Source: Octopus vulgaris (Eukaryota). From it: a stretch of DNA of 64,000 nt. The notes below the pieces were generated by a model, which was not told where the DNA came from, did not search any database, and saw nothing but the letters and a program-made list of their open reading frames with translations. How positions within the stretch are numbered: position 1 is the first letter of the stretch; every line of letters starts with the position of its first letter. The position numbers were made by a program, and so were the translations under genes. Positions 25,871-39,300 of the stretch are shown here, in pieces. Location: the NCBI GenBank assembly GCA_951406725.2, contig OX597827.1:51336001-51400000 (forward strand), read 5' to 3'.

Positions 25871-26989
25871 TCTATAAATCCATCTTCAGCTTCGATGATT
25901 ACTTCAATGCGGTACTGGAGCCGTCGATATGCATGCACCAATGACTCTTATTCATTCTTGAGATCACCTGGATTAGGTGTAAAGCTATGCTATTGTGAGG
26001 ATGCCAGTTAGCTTCTTTTCGAACGCAGTAGTCCTTGGGATTTAAATTTGGGGGAATTTGAAAGCCACGTGTTTGGTGTTACATGACTGTAAGGATTGTC
26101 TGACATTCATTATTGGATCACGTGGGCTTTGTGAGAAAGTGCTGTCTATATTGTGTAAAACTGTTTTATATTCATCATTGTTTTTCGTTGCCATCAGTTC
26201 TGCACATTTAAGCATGGCTCACTCAGTTTTGGTTATTATCTTTCCATTAATATTCGTGTCGGTCATTGACAAATTCATGAGGCTGTTGTCGAGCGTCCGT
26301 AAGGTGTCTTACGTGTTGAAGTATAATTTTGTGACTTATTCGGCTGTTATTCGGGCATACCATTTTGTAGTATTATTCATTGCTTGAGTTTAGGTTGTGT
26401 AGCGAGTCCTAGGATTCGGACCCCTTTTTCTAAATTATCAGTTCTCTGTCATGAGCGAACTACAATTGAAGTATGCATTTATCTCGTACATGTTTTATCT
26501 ATTGACCAGTCGACTTCCAGGAGATCACGCCACAAGTTGGAACTAAAGGGAAAATCCTTGACAACCACACCCTTTTCTATAGTTAAGGAGTTCTGCGTTA
26601 AAAATCTTCGCAAAGTGTCGAAGGCAGCTGGAAGATTCACACCTCATCTCTCTCTTGTCAAGCAGGCCAGGGCAAACGCAGAGATTGTGAGACTCCACAG
26701 AGAACAGCACATGATTCTTGGTCCCTGTGCGAGCATGTTATTAAGAATCACTTGTCCCTAATGTACTTCTCTATTTAAGCACCATGAAGTCAATTTCTTC
26801 ACCTCTCGCAACACATGCCGAGGACAGAGTTTCAGCCATATTCGGCGGATTTTTGTCTCTCGTCCAAGATAACTAATGGTTGAGTAAACACAGCTGAAGA
26901 CATGGTATTTAACTTCTCGCCACAAGCAAGCCAGAAATGTGAGTAGAAAGGATAACTCACATCTAAATTCATTCGAAACCAATTCATTC

Positions 26990-28111
26990 ATGTCTCTTAA
27001 GTAACCTACTAATGCCTGTTGAATTTAGACACCGTGAAAGTCGTTCCCTTTAGCCTAAGCCTTTCTACCAGTGAATATCTGAACATTTATATATGTATAA
27101 ATGTTCAGCCTTCGGCCTAAATTTATTGTTAAATGTTCGCGAGTTTTGTTCTTGTTAAAACGACAATTCGAACTCACGATAGCTGCATCGTATTCAAGTC
27201 CGTTGGAGTAACCATGTCGTACTTGCGTTTGGTTGACTTTCAGGATACCCATTCCGTATTTGTGTTACGTTTAACATGTTGAATAGTTTAATAAGGAATT
27301 ATCTTCAGTAATATATATTAATAACACTAAACATTTTAATATACAGACTTCCATTGTGAAGCACAGGTCTCGGTCTCTTTGCAGAATCCAAATTGGGATA
27401 TACAATTTTGTGTTTATTCTTCATAGAAAATCTTGTGACATTTACTTTGCAAAAATAAGTCATTAAAATGGTATATCATTGGAATGGCAAAAGGCATGAA
27501 CTTCTTATTGAGCCACTCATGTAAGCCATTTGAACAAGGTGAACAGGTAAAAAGTGGTGCACATAACTTGTCCTGATCTCCAAGACGTCAATCAAAGTTT
27601 AGCTTATAAATCTTCTTGATCTCTGGTGTTATTGTACATTTTTGAGCTTTTACAATAAATTGTCCACTGACATAACAAAACACATCAGGACGATTTCTAC
27701 ACTATCTCGACATTGTGAACACTGTAAAACAAGTAAAGAAATAGATACAAATGGTTATACTTATATTGAATTTGAGATGAAGAAATATTTCATCAGACCA
27801 ATTATGACTGGACAATTTGAGATGTTGAAATAACTATTTCGTCAGACAAAACTTGATTGGTTAATTTAAGATGATAAAACTATGCAGCAATGAATAATGT
27901 AGTTCATTTTAAAGGTATGTTTGCATGATGTAAATGAAATACAGGCATCTACGTCATTAATTGGAATTTCTATATAATGCATGAGCTAAAGCCAAGAAAC
28001 TTTCTCATCTTGAAAACTGTACGTGATGTCAAAAAACTAATTGTATATTTGAAATCAGCATCAAAAATTACACCTTGACATATGCTTGATGAAAAATACT
28101 TGTTGACCAGT
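26990..28111 (-). mobile_element. Chapaev3-type (CMC) DNA transposon, left part
   Basis: Terminus CACTGGTCAACAA flanked by TAA/TTA. Minus strand gives CRNRPDVFCYVSGQF..LGDQDK..MPFAIPMI..IVYPNLDSAKRP. Confidence 0.7.
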
Positions 28112-28120
28112 GTAACAGAT

Positions 28121-28351
28121 TGTTACAACAGAAATAATCTCTTAGTAAGAAAGTCAAGGGATGAAAATTATTTCATTATAATTGGAAGCTAAAGACACAT
28201 GGTCTCTGACTGCAGTTAGAAATAACCTTCAAGAGAGTTGAAATCTAGTTTTTTTTTTCTTTATATATGCCCGCTGAAACGTTCTAGAATGTTCCATAAG
28301 GTCTTCAGGTGTAAAAATTAAATTTCATTGCCTATCGCTAACAGATGTAAC
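28121..28351 (-). mobile_element. Solo LTR-like repeat (inverted homologue of 33103-33755)
   Basis: TG...CA ends and reverse-complement similarity to 33140-33290 plus 33703-33755. Confidence 0.55.
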
Positions 28352-28732
28352 AAATGATTGATTGACTTTTACCAAATATAATATCATTATTCGCCAGCGG
28401 CAATGTCTTTAGTCCATATTATCAAATATTAACTAAAATATCGATATTATCAAATATCAACTAAAATATTAAAAAAGTGCGAATATTATTTTTGTTGGAT
28501 GCTAATTAACATCTTGTCATTCTGTTTCTTTATTTCTATGCATTAAATTTATAATAATTGATCTTAACCATCATGTTTCTCATAAATAAGACCAGCCCAG
28601 CGAATAAGATTATTTATAATATACTATGGCCACTGTAACGATAACAATCTTCGTTGAATGAAATCGGGGATTTTAAACGGATAAATAACATGTCATTTGC
28701 TATACTTGGGGATGGTAATATTTTGCCAATTA

Positions 28733-28863
28733 TTCTGCCGAGGTCGACTTTGCCTTTCATCCTTTCAGGGTCGATAAATTAAGTACCAGTTGCGTACTAG
28801 AGTCAATCTAATCAACTGGACCCCTCCCCTAAAATTTCGGGCCTTGTGCCTAGAGTAGAAAAG
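28733..28863 (+). mobile_element. 5'-truncated SINE family 1 with TSD
   Basis: Flanked by aatattttgccaatta and aatattctgccaatta. Confidence 0.8.
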
Positions 28864-29049
28864 AATATTCTGCCAATTAAACATACGCACTATACATTTG
28901 GTCTTCACTTCAGCTTTATTACTATTATTTTAGTTTCGTTGTCAAAGTTCTTTCGTCACACATTCTGTGATCTCTTCACGAATTCTCTGTCCTAAGTGTC
29001 TCCTCTTGTTCTGCTTGTTCCTCTTGTTTCGCTTACTCTATTTGCTTAA

Positions 29050-31980
29050 TTTGATGGTAGATTTCATTTAGTGGTGATTATATGTTAAACAGCTCTAGAA
29101 TAGTCCTGGAGAAATATCCCATTTCACACATTTAGTATCTTATCTGTAATATAGACTTAATTCGGGCTTATAACCAAATTCATATCTAACCTAATAATAT
29201 TCATAAAATAGCTGTAACTAAACCTTTCGGACTATTTGAATTTTTGAGGGTGTTTTTCGGTTTCCGAAATGCAGCCAATTCTTTTCAGAGATTCATTGAT
29301 GAAGTTATTCGTTGTTTACATTTTAATTTCTCTTATATTGACTATTTATTCTTCCGCATCAGAACACGAAGAATATTTACAATAGCTTTTTACTTACTTG
29401 TCACACTATGGTGTTGTAATTAACCCTACTCAATGTCTTTTCCGTATTCCATCTCTAATACTCTTAGGGCATGTTATGGATAAAAGGAATCCAGCCCAAG
29501 CAAGATAAGGTGGAAGCTATGTTACAGTTTCCACCACCCAGATCTTTACAGAAATTGCAAGAATTCCTAGGGCTTCACTCCGCACTACGCTGAAACAATA
29601 TATCCTTATTACACAGCTGTTATGTAACCGAAAAAAAGAAAAATACAAAAATTATTCTGACAGCAAACAAATAGTTGTAAACGATTGTTTACAGCTATTA
29701 AAGACAGGCTATTTAAAGTTACCTTATTGGCTCATATGATACCAGAGGAACCCTTATTTCTTTTTCTGGACTGCTTCTTAAGTGAGAATCAGGGAGTCTT
29801 CAACAGTTTATTCATAACTCATGGCAGCCATTTTCATTCTTCTTAAAGCGTTTGAAACCAGCTGAAACTAGATCCAATTCTTCTGTTAGTGGACTATTGG
29901 CTGCTGATTCATTCTACTAAACACCTTTATCATTTGCTTAAAAGACGACAATTCTTCATGTATACCAATCGTAAACTGTTGACTTACGCATTACAGTCAA
30001 AAATCAGTCAAACATTCTCCAAGAGGGATTCGGCACCTAGATTTTATATCACGATATATGAAGAAGATTAACTCTGCAGCAGACGCTTTATCTCGGGTAT
30101 ATATTGATTCTTTGCATTCTCATAATGCAAGTGACTTGAAAAAAACTGCGTCTAATCATGAAACTGGTGAAGAGTTTCAACAACTAAGAAATTCATTATT
30201 TTTTTCTCAAATTTCGTCTCTTTCTACTACTTCCTTCTACGATGTTTATATCGTGTGATACCGTGTCTTTTGTGCTAATGAACAAAAGGCCCTTTATGGC
30301 CGGCCTTTTGCTCATTCGCACAACAGACATTGGCATTTTCTACTATTCACATCTTTTCCCATCCTGGAGTTTTTACTTCTGAAAAACTCTTTTTTTGGCT
30401 CGATTTGTTTGGTTATGAACGAAGAATAGTATTCGAGAATAGGTTAAAATGCACACCGTGTCAGAAAACTAAAACTTCTTCCACTCCGGATACCTGCCTT
30501 CAACACATATATATATATAGAAGTTGCTGGACGTTTATCGCCGATAAATGACGACCTTTATCTCTTAACGTGCATTGATCTTTTTCTTGAAAGCCTGAAG
30601 CCATTCCTATTCCGTACATTTCAGTTGCACTTGAAGCAAAAGCTTTTATCTTTTTTATATTGGATCTCGTGTTTTATACTCCTACCTCAACATCTATAGA
30701 TAAACATCGGCGATTTGGATCTACTCCTTTCACTGAGCTTACACAATATGCTTGGTACGAAAAAAATTCGTATGACAACATATCACCTAGCCTCAGATGG
30801 AATGATAGGTTTTATCATAATTTTAACATAGCGGTGCTCCAACATGGCCACAGTCAAATGACTGAAACAAGTAAAAGAGTATAGCTTTTTAATCGTACGA
30901 CGACACAGATAGATGGTTGAAATATCAGCCGATAATACTGATTTCAAATTTTGGCACAAGGCCAGCAATTTCGGGGAAGGTAGTACATCAACTACACCGA
31001 CTCCAGTGCTGGACTGGTACTTATTCTATCGACTCCGAAAGGATGAAAGGCAAAGTCGACCTCGGCGGAATTTGTACTCAGAACATGAAGACGGACGAAA
31101 TGCCGCAAAGTATTTTGCCTGACGTGATAACGATTCTGCCAGTTCGCCGCCTTTATATCTACCGATAATATTAGTCGGTATCTAAGGGAGTGAGCTGGCA
31201 GAATCATTAGTGTGCCGGGCAAAATGCTCAGCGCCATTTACGTTCTGAGTTCAAGTTCTTTCGAGGTCCACTTTGACCTTCATCCTGTTGGAGTCGATAA
31301 AAAAGTACTAGTCGGGCACTGAGGTCGATGTAATCGACTTGTCCCCTCATCCCAAATTACTGGCCTTGTGCCAAAACTTGAAACCAACATTTTTCGGTAT
31401 CAGATCATCGGTTAAAGCGTGTTACACATTCATATGTATGTGTTTGCGTATCCCAAACTACTCCCCACTCTTGGCACTATTTTGTTAGTGAACAGTACAA
31501 CTGTGTGTAAAGTATATAATGTATCACTACGCTCAATGTCGTCGTCCGTGTAACATGTAAAGATAATAAACACGTAAACAACAACAATGGTTTTCATTTG
31601 GTTGTCTTTCCCATTAGAACCCAAACTACACATAACAAAGCGGGTCTTGGTTTTTAAATCCAGCAGAATTATCACATTGATTCTACTGGAGAGGTGGTTG
31701 GGAATTCCCACAAGTGAGGAGTCCAGTTTTGTGCATAACTTGCGACAGCATAAATCTAATTTGCCAGAAACAATAGCAAGGCAACAAACTGTTTCTAAAG
31801 ATACGTTCCTGCTGATATTAGTGGGTTGGTCTCATGTTTACAGTACAAAGCTGTAGCGTACCGCTTATAATGGACGCTATCGTGTTTTGCATGTTAATTC
31901 GAAATATTTTGTGATTGATGTGTATAGGAAAAAGGAAACGGTCAGCATCGACAGATTAAGAAAAGCTTTTATTGATTTGG
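29050..31980 (+). pseudogene. Decayed Gypsy LTR-retrotransposon pol (RT, RNase H, integrase), interrupted by SINEs
   Basis: IDLIRAYNQI, KIAVTKPFGLFEF..FGFRNAANSFQRFID, YID, ADALSR, integrase HPG..C..CQ and C-terminal YNGRYRVL..VSIDRLRKA. Confidence 0.8.
30945..31390. mobile_element. Two family-1 SINEs head to head (30945-31152 minus, 31186-31390 plus)
   Basis: Matches to family 1. Apparent TSDs are ccgataata and tcggtatc. Confidence 0.8.
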
Positions 31981-32143
31981 TCTCTTCACTCGCAAGCCAA
32001 CTCGCTACTTCACATACAAAATTTCTATTAAAATACAATTCAAAGATGCACAGAAAACTATTACTACCAGAATCCGTAGCAGAATGCATTGGCCTGCTAG
32101 ACGTGTAGAAATACGTTACATACAACTGTTTATTTAAATGATG

Positions 32144-32150
32144 CACACAC

Positions 32151-32198
<48 letters not shown>

Positions 32199-32211
32199 AC
32201 ACACATACATA

Positions 32212-32296
<85 letters not shown>
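32144..32296. repeat. (CA)n microsatellite
   Basis: Read directly. Confidence 0.95.
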
Positions 32297-32297
<1 letters not shown>

Positions 32298-32827
32298 ACA
32301 GTCAATGAAGACTGAAACGATTCACACCTGAACAATTTGATAACATTACGTTTTGGTACATTTCCCATCGCTTAACGTCCGCCTTCCATGCAGGCATGGG
32401 TTGGACGGCTAGACACGTGCTGGCCAGGTAGACGACTACCTCACCAGGTTACAATGTCTCTTGTGGCAAGGTTTTTTTTTACGGCTGGATGCCCCTCCTA
32501 ACACCAACCACTCCGTAAATAACTATTTCTTCCAAAAACAATTTTCTAACAATCCCTAACTGAATGAACTGAAATGAAGAATTTCATTTTTCTTGATTGT
32601 TAATTGATATTCATAATTTAACAAATAGTGCTTGTTTATTGTTATATGTCATTGCTTTCACTACAAACTCGAATATACACTTGCTCTAATTCCTTGGTGT
32701 CGTTCATTTGTCTTGCATGAATGCACTTCGATATGATTCCTGTAGCTTTTCTCAAATTCGAACCTGGAATGTTTAGATTTGAAAGCTAAAACCACAGGCG
32801 AATAGCACTACTGTATGTGGTATTATT

Positions 32828-33030
32828 GATTTCAAATATTGGCACAAGGCCAGCATTTCCGGAGTAATGCATTAGTCGATTACATTGATCCCAGTGTTCA
32901 ACTGGTACTTATTTTATCGACACCGAAAGGATGAAAGGTAAAGTCGACCTTGGCGGAATTTGAACTCAGAACGTGAAGACGGAAAGAAATGCTGCTAAGC
33001 ATTTTGCCCGTCTGCCAGCTCGCCGCCTTG
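32828..33030 (-). mobile_element. SINE family 1
   Basis: Reverse complement of the family-1 head and body. Confidence 0.8.
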
Positions 33031-33102
33031 ATATTTGGTAATATTGACCAAAGATAATCGCTGTTGGTGAATGATTATACTACATTTAGTGGTATAATCA
33101 TC

Positions 33103-33755
33103 TGTGACGCCAGTTGGTGAATGGTGGTGACAATCAAAAAGGAAAACTTTAATTTTTGCGTCTAAAGATCTTATGGAACATCGTAGAACGTCTTGGCGGG
33201 CTTATAAAAACCCTTGAATTCAACTCTCCTGAAGGCCCTTTCTTACTATAGTCGGAGACCAAGTGCGTTTAGACCCATGTTTAATAAATAGAATCTTTTC
33301 GGTTTGAACGGCAGTTTTTCTAGCGGGGTCATATGAAATTGTCACCCATAATTATGACCCTAGTATCGATCTATTGCATTTCAATCTGTTTTAGGGTGAG
33401 GATTAGGGGTGGGGGTAGGGTATCTTTTTTCTTCACAAATGTAAATAAACCCAATCTGTTTCTTAAACGAGGGACATATTCATACGGCACAGAATGTGTT
33501 CTCCTCAATAGACGTCATTGATTGGTTGAAATTGCAGAAATTGAAGAAAAACAACAAATATCTTACAAACTATAGAATTTTCTCAATAAAGCCAAGAGAA
33601 AAAGATGTTTTATAAACGACATTCTACCAGTATACGAAGTTTAAAAGTGTTTAGTTACGTGGAAATTATTTTAAAAAACTGCGGTTCAAACCGAAAAGAT
33701 CCATAAAATAATCCTCATTTCTCAATTTTCTCTCAAAGAGATTATTTCTGTAGTA
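33103..33755 (+). mobile_element. Solo LTR-like repeat split by a MITE
   Basis: TG start, TATAAAA at ~33203 and AATAAA at ~33283. Homology to 28121-28351 resumes after 33702. Confidence 0.5.
33291..33702. mobile_element. MITE with ~29-bp TIRs, superfamily unassigned
   Basis: GAATCTTTTCGGTTTGAACGGCAGTTTTT...AAAAACTGCGGTTCAAACCGAAAAGATCC. Confidence 0.85.
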
Positions 33756-33828
33756 ATTATTAATTGTAATATGAAACATTTCCTCTCTTCTGACACTTCA
33801 TTATTTCTTAACTCACACACATAACATG

Positions 33829-34550
33829 TGTAGCAGATTTGAAACCAAATCGACAAATTGCCAAATAAAGGCCGTGGCTTAGTAACAGCCATTTCATGTG
33901 ATCAGCCGCTTAACTTACCAGTTAGCATCTAGACACCACATGATACAACTTTCTAGAATCTTCTAGAACAGGGCTCTGCAACCTTTTTCACTAGCGGTAC
34001 TCTTATACTCTTTTCAAACTTCGGCGGCACACCTGAACTAAAAATATAGGGAAAAAATTATATTCAGTTTACACTGCAGCACACCTAGCACACCAGTGTG
34101 CCGCGGCATATCGGTTGCGGAGCACTGTTCTAGAACGTCTCCTAACCAGGCTTATAAATAAACTTGCTTTGGGTGCCAAATTTTACATCATTGGAACCGC
34201 CTCTTTGAAAACCCCATTCTCAGTTTGCAGCATTTATCAGTCGTTCTAACGACTCCTTATTCAACCGAGTAGATAACAGTTATAGTTTTGCAGTCATGAA
34301 TCCAGCGTGAGCCGACTTAACCAGCTATTTTGTAATAACTACAGAATTGTCTTTCCAGTATGTAAACTTTGTTGCTGTATTTTGAATTCAAGACCATCAT
34401 GGAAAATATTTTGTGCAGTGAATAAAGTTTCTATAAAATTGTTCTCGATTGTTTGTGCCTATTTATATGTGACCACGACAGAATCAAAACCAACCACCAG
34501 CATATCATATCTATTATTCAATGACCTACGTGATAATTTGTAACACCACA
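33829..34550 (+). mobile_element. Solo LTR
   Basis: TGTAG...ACCACA ends, TATAAA at ~34154 and AATAAA at 34421. The 5' end resembles 45278-45771. Confidence 0.55.
33969..34127. mobile_element. hAT-Charlie-type MITE
   Basis: TIR CAGGGCTCTGCAACC/GGTTGCGGAGCACTG and a perfect 8-bp TSD TTCTAGAA (Charlie NTCTAGAN preference). Confidence 0.9.
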
Positions 34551-34772
34551 TCCTTCTGACACATACATACAATATATTGCGTATTATGTATATTTAAAGT
34601 GCTTAGTGTTGTTAATAAATATTGTTAAGATAAGTCTTTCTCTTGCCAATTATTCAACGTGTTAAGAAGGTGAACTGGCAGAATCACTAGTACTTTGAAG
34701 AAAATGCTTAGCAGATCAGAATACAATGCTTAAGGCTCAGAATATAAATATTCAGAATTCAAATATCGCTGA

Positions 34773-35875
34773 GGTTAACGAACGACCGTGCGAAAAGGAG
34801 AAGTGACAAATGAATGACTCCTTAAACACCGCACGGTCGCCTTACAATAAAAGCCAAAATATGGATAAATGAATATGAGTGTCAGAATGAAATGAAAGAC
34901 GACACAACCGTAAAATGTTTAAGTGAAAGGTTTTATTTAGATGTTAACATGTGGGTAGCAGAGTGTGTGTCTGTGTGTTCGACATAAGTACATATATAAT
35001 AAAAACAATAATAATAGACATGCCGTCATGCATATAATAATATGTATGTGTGCTAGCAGAGTGTGTCTGTGTGCGCGTCATAAGTACATATATGATAATA
35101 ATAATAGACAGGCCGTCAAGCATGCAGTAATGTGTATGTGTGTACAAACAAGGGTGTATGCGTGTGAGATAAAATACAGAGCATAGAAATGAGTCTATCA
35201 GGACGCTAGAAGTTCAGACAATGAAGATAAATACCAGTTCGTAGTAAGATACACAATAGTTGGTGTTCTGTACAAGAAGTTGAGGTCACAAGGCAGAACC
35301 GGTTGAACACATGTCGTGTTGCGGTTGTGGCTACTATGCTGTACCGGGTTACTTGATACAGGAAATTCTCGCAGGTTGAGCTTGCTGTTAACCATGGTGA
35401 AGTACTCACAAATAGCGCGAAGTTAAACCAAAGCAAATGGTGCTGTGTACGTAGAGATGTTGTTGGCGTCGATAAGATGAAGGCGACGGTGGTGGGGACG
35501 ACGTTAAGATGAAGGCGACGTAGATGGAGGTCCTGAAATGCTGCTGGTGTTGTCTGACGCCGAAACTGGCTGAGTCGCTGGGACTGACTGTGTGTCGCTC
35601 TGTGGTCAGTGACTAGACCTTAGAAGGTCTAGAGCCAAAGACGAGATACTGTGAATCGCTGAAGCTTTTATAGCAAATTATAGGCTCCAGCAGAGAATTT
35701 AGGAGTTTGTGTCACGAGACCTTATCAAAAGGTTGCGATTGGTTGGGTTGCACAGTGGCGCGTAATACAGCAAGAAACAAATTGCGCCAATATCAACCAA
35801 TCAGAGTAGTGGACACAATAGGGCCCAAGCGACCGAAGGTTGGCTGTTATCTGCTACGTCCGTATTTGTGTTACA
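34773..35875 (-). mobile_element. Solo LTR family X copy 1, inserted in a family-1 SINE
   Basis: Minus strand starts TGTAAC and has CCAAT boxes, TATAAAAG (35665-35672) and AATAAA (~34935). SINE halves lie at 34665-34772 and 35940-36060. Confidence 0.65.
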
Positions 35876-35878
35876 TAT

Positions 35879-35939
<61 letters not shown>

Positions 35940-36311
35940 TCACTAAGGGTCCGCTATACCTTTCATCTTTTCAGGATTGATAAAGTACCAGTCAAATACT
36001 GGAGTCAACTTGCTGCCTTCCTTCGAAATTGCAGGTCCTGTGCCAAAAATTTCAAAACTAGACAGAAAGAATTAATTATTCAAAATGTTAAACATAATAC
36101 AACTATAATATGTATAAAAGCAGCAAAGTATATACTTTAAATTAACTTAATCTAGTTAATTATATAAAGCAATACGTAATCATGAAATTATCAATGTTTA
36201 TCCAAATGAAACAACTGTTGAACACGACTTAAGTATGAATTACATGTGAAATGTATTCTTTACTGTTTTTATTCTAAATATGTCGCCTTATAAGATTGTT
36301 TTGATCGATTG

Positions 36312-39300
36312 CACAGGTCTGCGGGTAAAAAGTTGCTTCACATTTATTGGGTGAACTTGATCAATTTTTACCTACTGATGTAAAAAAATTCCAAATAAAC
36401 GATCCTATCACATATAGTTTCTTCACAAAATCGGTCATTGCATTTTATCATTATGCTCGAATTTGACTAATGTCTATTATTACTATTAATTGCGATATTT
36501 AGACTATGGCAGTATAATTAATAGGCATAATTTTGAAAACTAAGTATCTGGCAATGCTAAGACCGCCTCAGCCGCACAGAGAGATACCTGCATCACCGTA
36601 GCTTCAACCAGCCGAAAACAATGAAGAGAAAAATAAATGTTTTACAAGGTCACGTTGTTTATGTTAAAACGTATCTTTTTTTAATTTCTGTTATTTCCTC
36701 ATGCCATTTTTCAATGTATATATGCTGTATACTTTGTTTTATTGCATCGTATGTTACATTTCAATGTTTCTTTAATGGTATAGATGGTCGGGGTCTCACG
36801 TGGTGAAACCATCTAATAACGACTCCGTTCAGAAAGCTGGAATAATACATATATGTGTACCAGAGGGGAAAGGGAGAGACACAACCGAACAAAATGTTTA
36901 AGAGAAAATTTATCGATATGTTAACATATGTGCGTCATGTATACAGAATGATAGACAGGCCGCCATGAGAAAGTATATGTGTGTGGATGAATGTGTGTGC
37001 GTTAAGTACATATAAGAATAGCAATGAAGAAATAGATAGTGAAAGAGTCTATAATGAGAAGTTAGACGAATGTTCATAGACACAAGAATGAGAAATACCA
37101 GTTCGTAGTCAATTGTACACGGTAATTGAAATACTGTATCAAGAAGTTGCTGCGATGATGCGGGACCGGAGTTGTAGTTCATGTCGTGCGAAGTTGTGGC
37201 TGTAATGCTGCTGCCTGGGTCACTTGGTACAGGAGTTTTTGCAGGCTGTATATTCAGTGTTAATCCATGGTGAAGTAATTCACAAAGAATGCAGTATTGA
37301 AACCTGAGCGTGTTACTGGTTGCTGTGTATGTAGAAAGATGATGTTGACGACGTTAAGATGGCGACGTAGAGAGATGATGTTGACGACGTTAAGAAGATG
37401 GCGACGAAGAAAGAGATTGCCGTAATGCTGTTGGACGGGTGTTGTCGTCTGGCTTGCAGGTTGTATATTTTCTGTTGATCCATAGTGAAGTAATTCACGA
37501 ACAGTGCTGTGTTGAAACCTGGGCGTGTTGCTGTTGGACGGATGTTGTCGTCTGGCGTTGTCGTTGGAACTGGCTGTTTTATGTGGTCAGTGACTAGACC
37601 TTAAAAGATCTGGAACCAAAGACCTCGAGACGAGGAGAAGGTGAGTTTTTATAAGGAACACTAGGCTCAAACTGGACTGAGAACAGGCTATCTCACGTGA
37701 CCTTATTTAGGGGTTCCAATTGGTTATACGCTGCATATCGGAGCGACAGAGCAAGCGACAAATTGCGCCAATACCAACCAATCAGTGTAGTGAACACAAC
37801 GGGGGTCCAAATAACGGCCAAAGGCTAGCTGTTATCTGCTATGTTCGAATGTACGTATATATAATAAAGGGGAGAGAAGAATTTCACCCGAATGTACGCT
37901 ACAATGGTATTACGTATATATTTAGCAAATCAAATATATGCTGTTAAAAATGTCCCTTTCCTCTTTCCTTACAGATCTTCACATCATTTGAAGCAAGGCT
38001 GTAACTTTTGTTACATTTGTGGCGAGTTTATGACTAAAAGACATCAGAGAAACATCACCAAACTTGTCAAAAAATATTACTATGTCTAATTTGATGTGAA
38101 ATTAGGAGACCAAGATAAGAAGTGGATTCCTCAGGCATGTTCAATATTTGAAGTACAAAGACAATGGACAAAATGTACAAAAAAGTCTTTTCGTTTTAGG
38201 GTCCCAATGATGTGGAGGGATCCTACAAATCACAGTGATGACTGCTACTTTTTCTCATGTAAGGTGCAGGGACACAATTAGAATAGTGAAAAAAAAACAT
38301 TGTTTATCTAAAGTCCCACCTGCGTTGCGACCTATTTCCCATGGACCAGACGTTCCACTTCAATCACTAACAGGAAACCTTGGAGACATACACTTGCGTT
38401 CTGAGCCAGAAGACAGAAAGAGCGATAATGATGAAGACTTCAACAGCGGTGAAGGTGAAGAACCTCTACAATTCAATATTAGTGTGAATTAAAAGATCTA
38501 GTGAGAGACTTAGGGCTCGCAAAAGATTCAACACAGCTTTTAGGTTCCAGACTAAAATCGAAAACTCTTTTAGCTCGTCGCGCATCATCTTATTGATATC
38601 GTAAACCGCAAAAAAGAATTTGTTCCTTATTTTGCTCAAGAAAATTATTTGGATTGCTTGTTGATCCATGAAGACTATTAGGAAAGTAAGGCATAAGTTA
38701 CAACCTTTATAAATGGAGGCTCTGTATTGGCTTTTCAAAGAAACGTCTAAAAGCTGTTCTACTGTATAACGGTAATGAATATGTTTCTATCCCTGTTGGA
38801 CACTCAATGATCACGAAGGAAAAGTATGAAAATTTAGTGTCATTCTTACACAAAGATTAAATTCAAAGGTCACAACTGGATGATTCGCGGCGACTTGGAA
38901 ATAATTTGAATGTTGGCTGGACAACAATCAAGCTATACGAAACTACCTTGTTTCTTCTGTTAAAGGGGCATTAAAGCCAGGAACCTCTATTGATCTAAAA
39001 AAAAAGGAGGGTTATGCTTACACCAGGAACAAAGAATATCTTTTGAGAAAGTTTAGTTGATCTGAAAAGGGCTCTTTTGCCGCCTTGACCTATAAAACTT
39101 GACCTCGTGAAGCAATTCGTAAAAGCTTAGCCACAAGGAGAGGGCTTCAAATATTTGCATAGTAAGTTTCCTGCTCAATCAGATACCAAGGTTGAAGAAG
39201 GTGTATTTGTAGAACTAGATATAAGGAAACTCGTCAAGGATGAAAATTTGAAAATTCAGTGATTTTGAAAAAGATGCATGGATTAGTTTTAAAGATGTGA

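Noticed and set aside
25900-26990. Possible decayed DNA-transposase (Mutator-like) sequence on the minus strand
   Set aside because: It looks like decayed coding DNA, but no diagnostic motif could be read. A translated search against TE proteins is needed.
28121-33755. Related LTR-like repeats as the paired LTRs of the intervening Gypsy relic
   Set aside because: They are inverted and substantially diverged, whereas cognate LTRs would be direct repeats.
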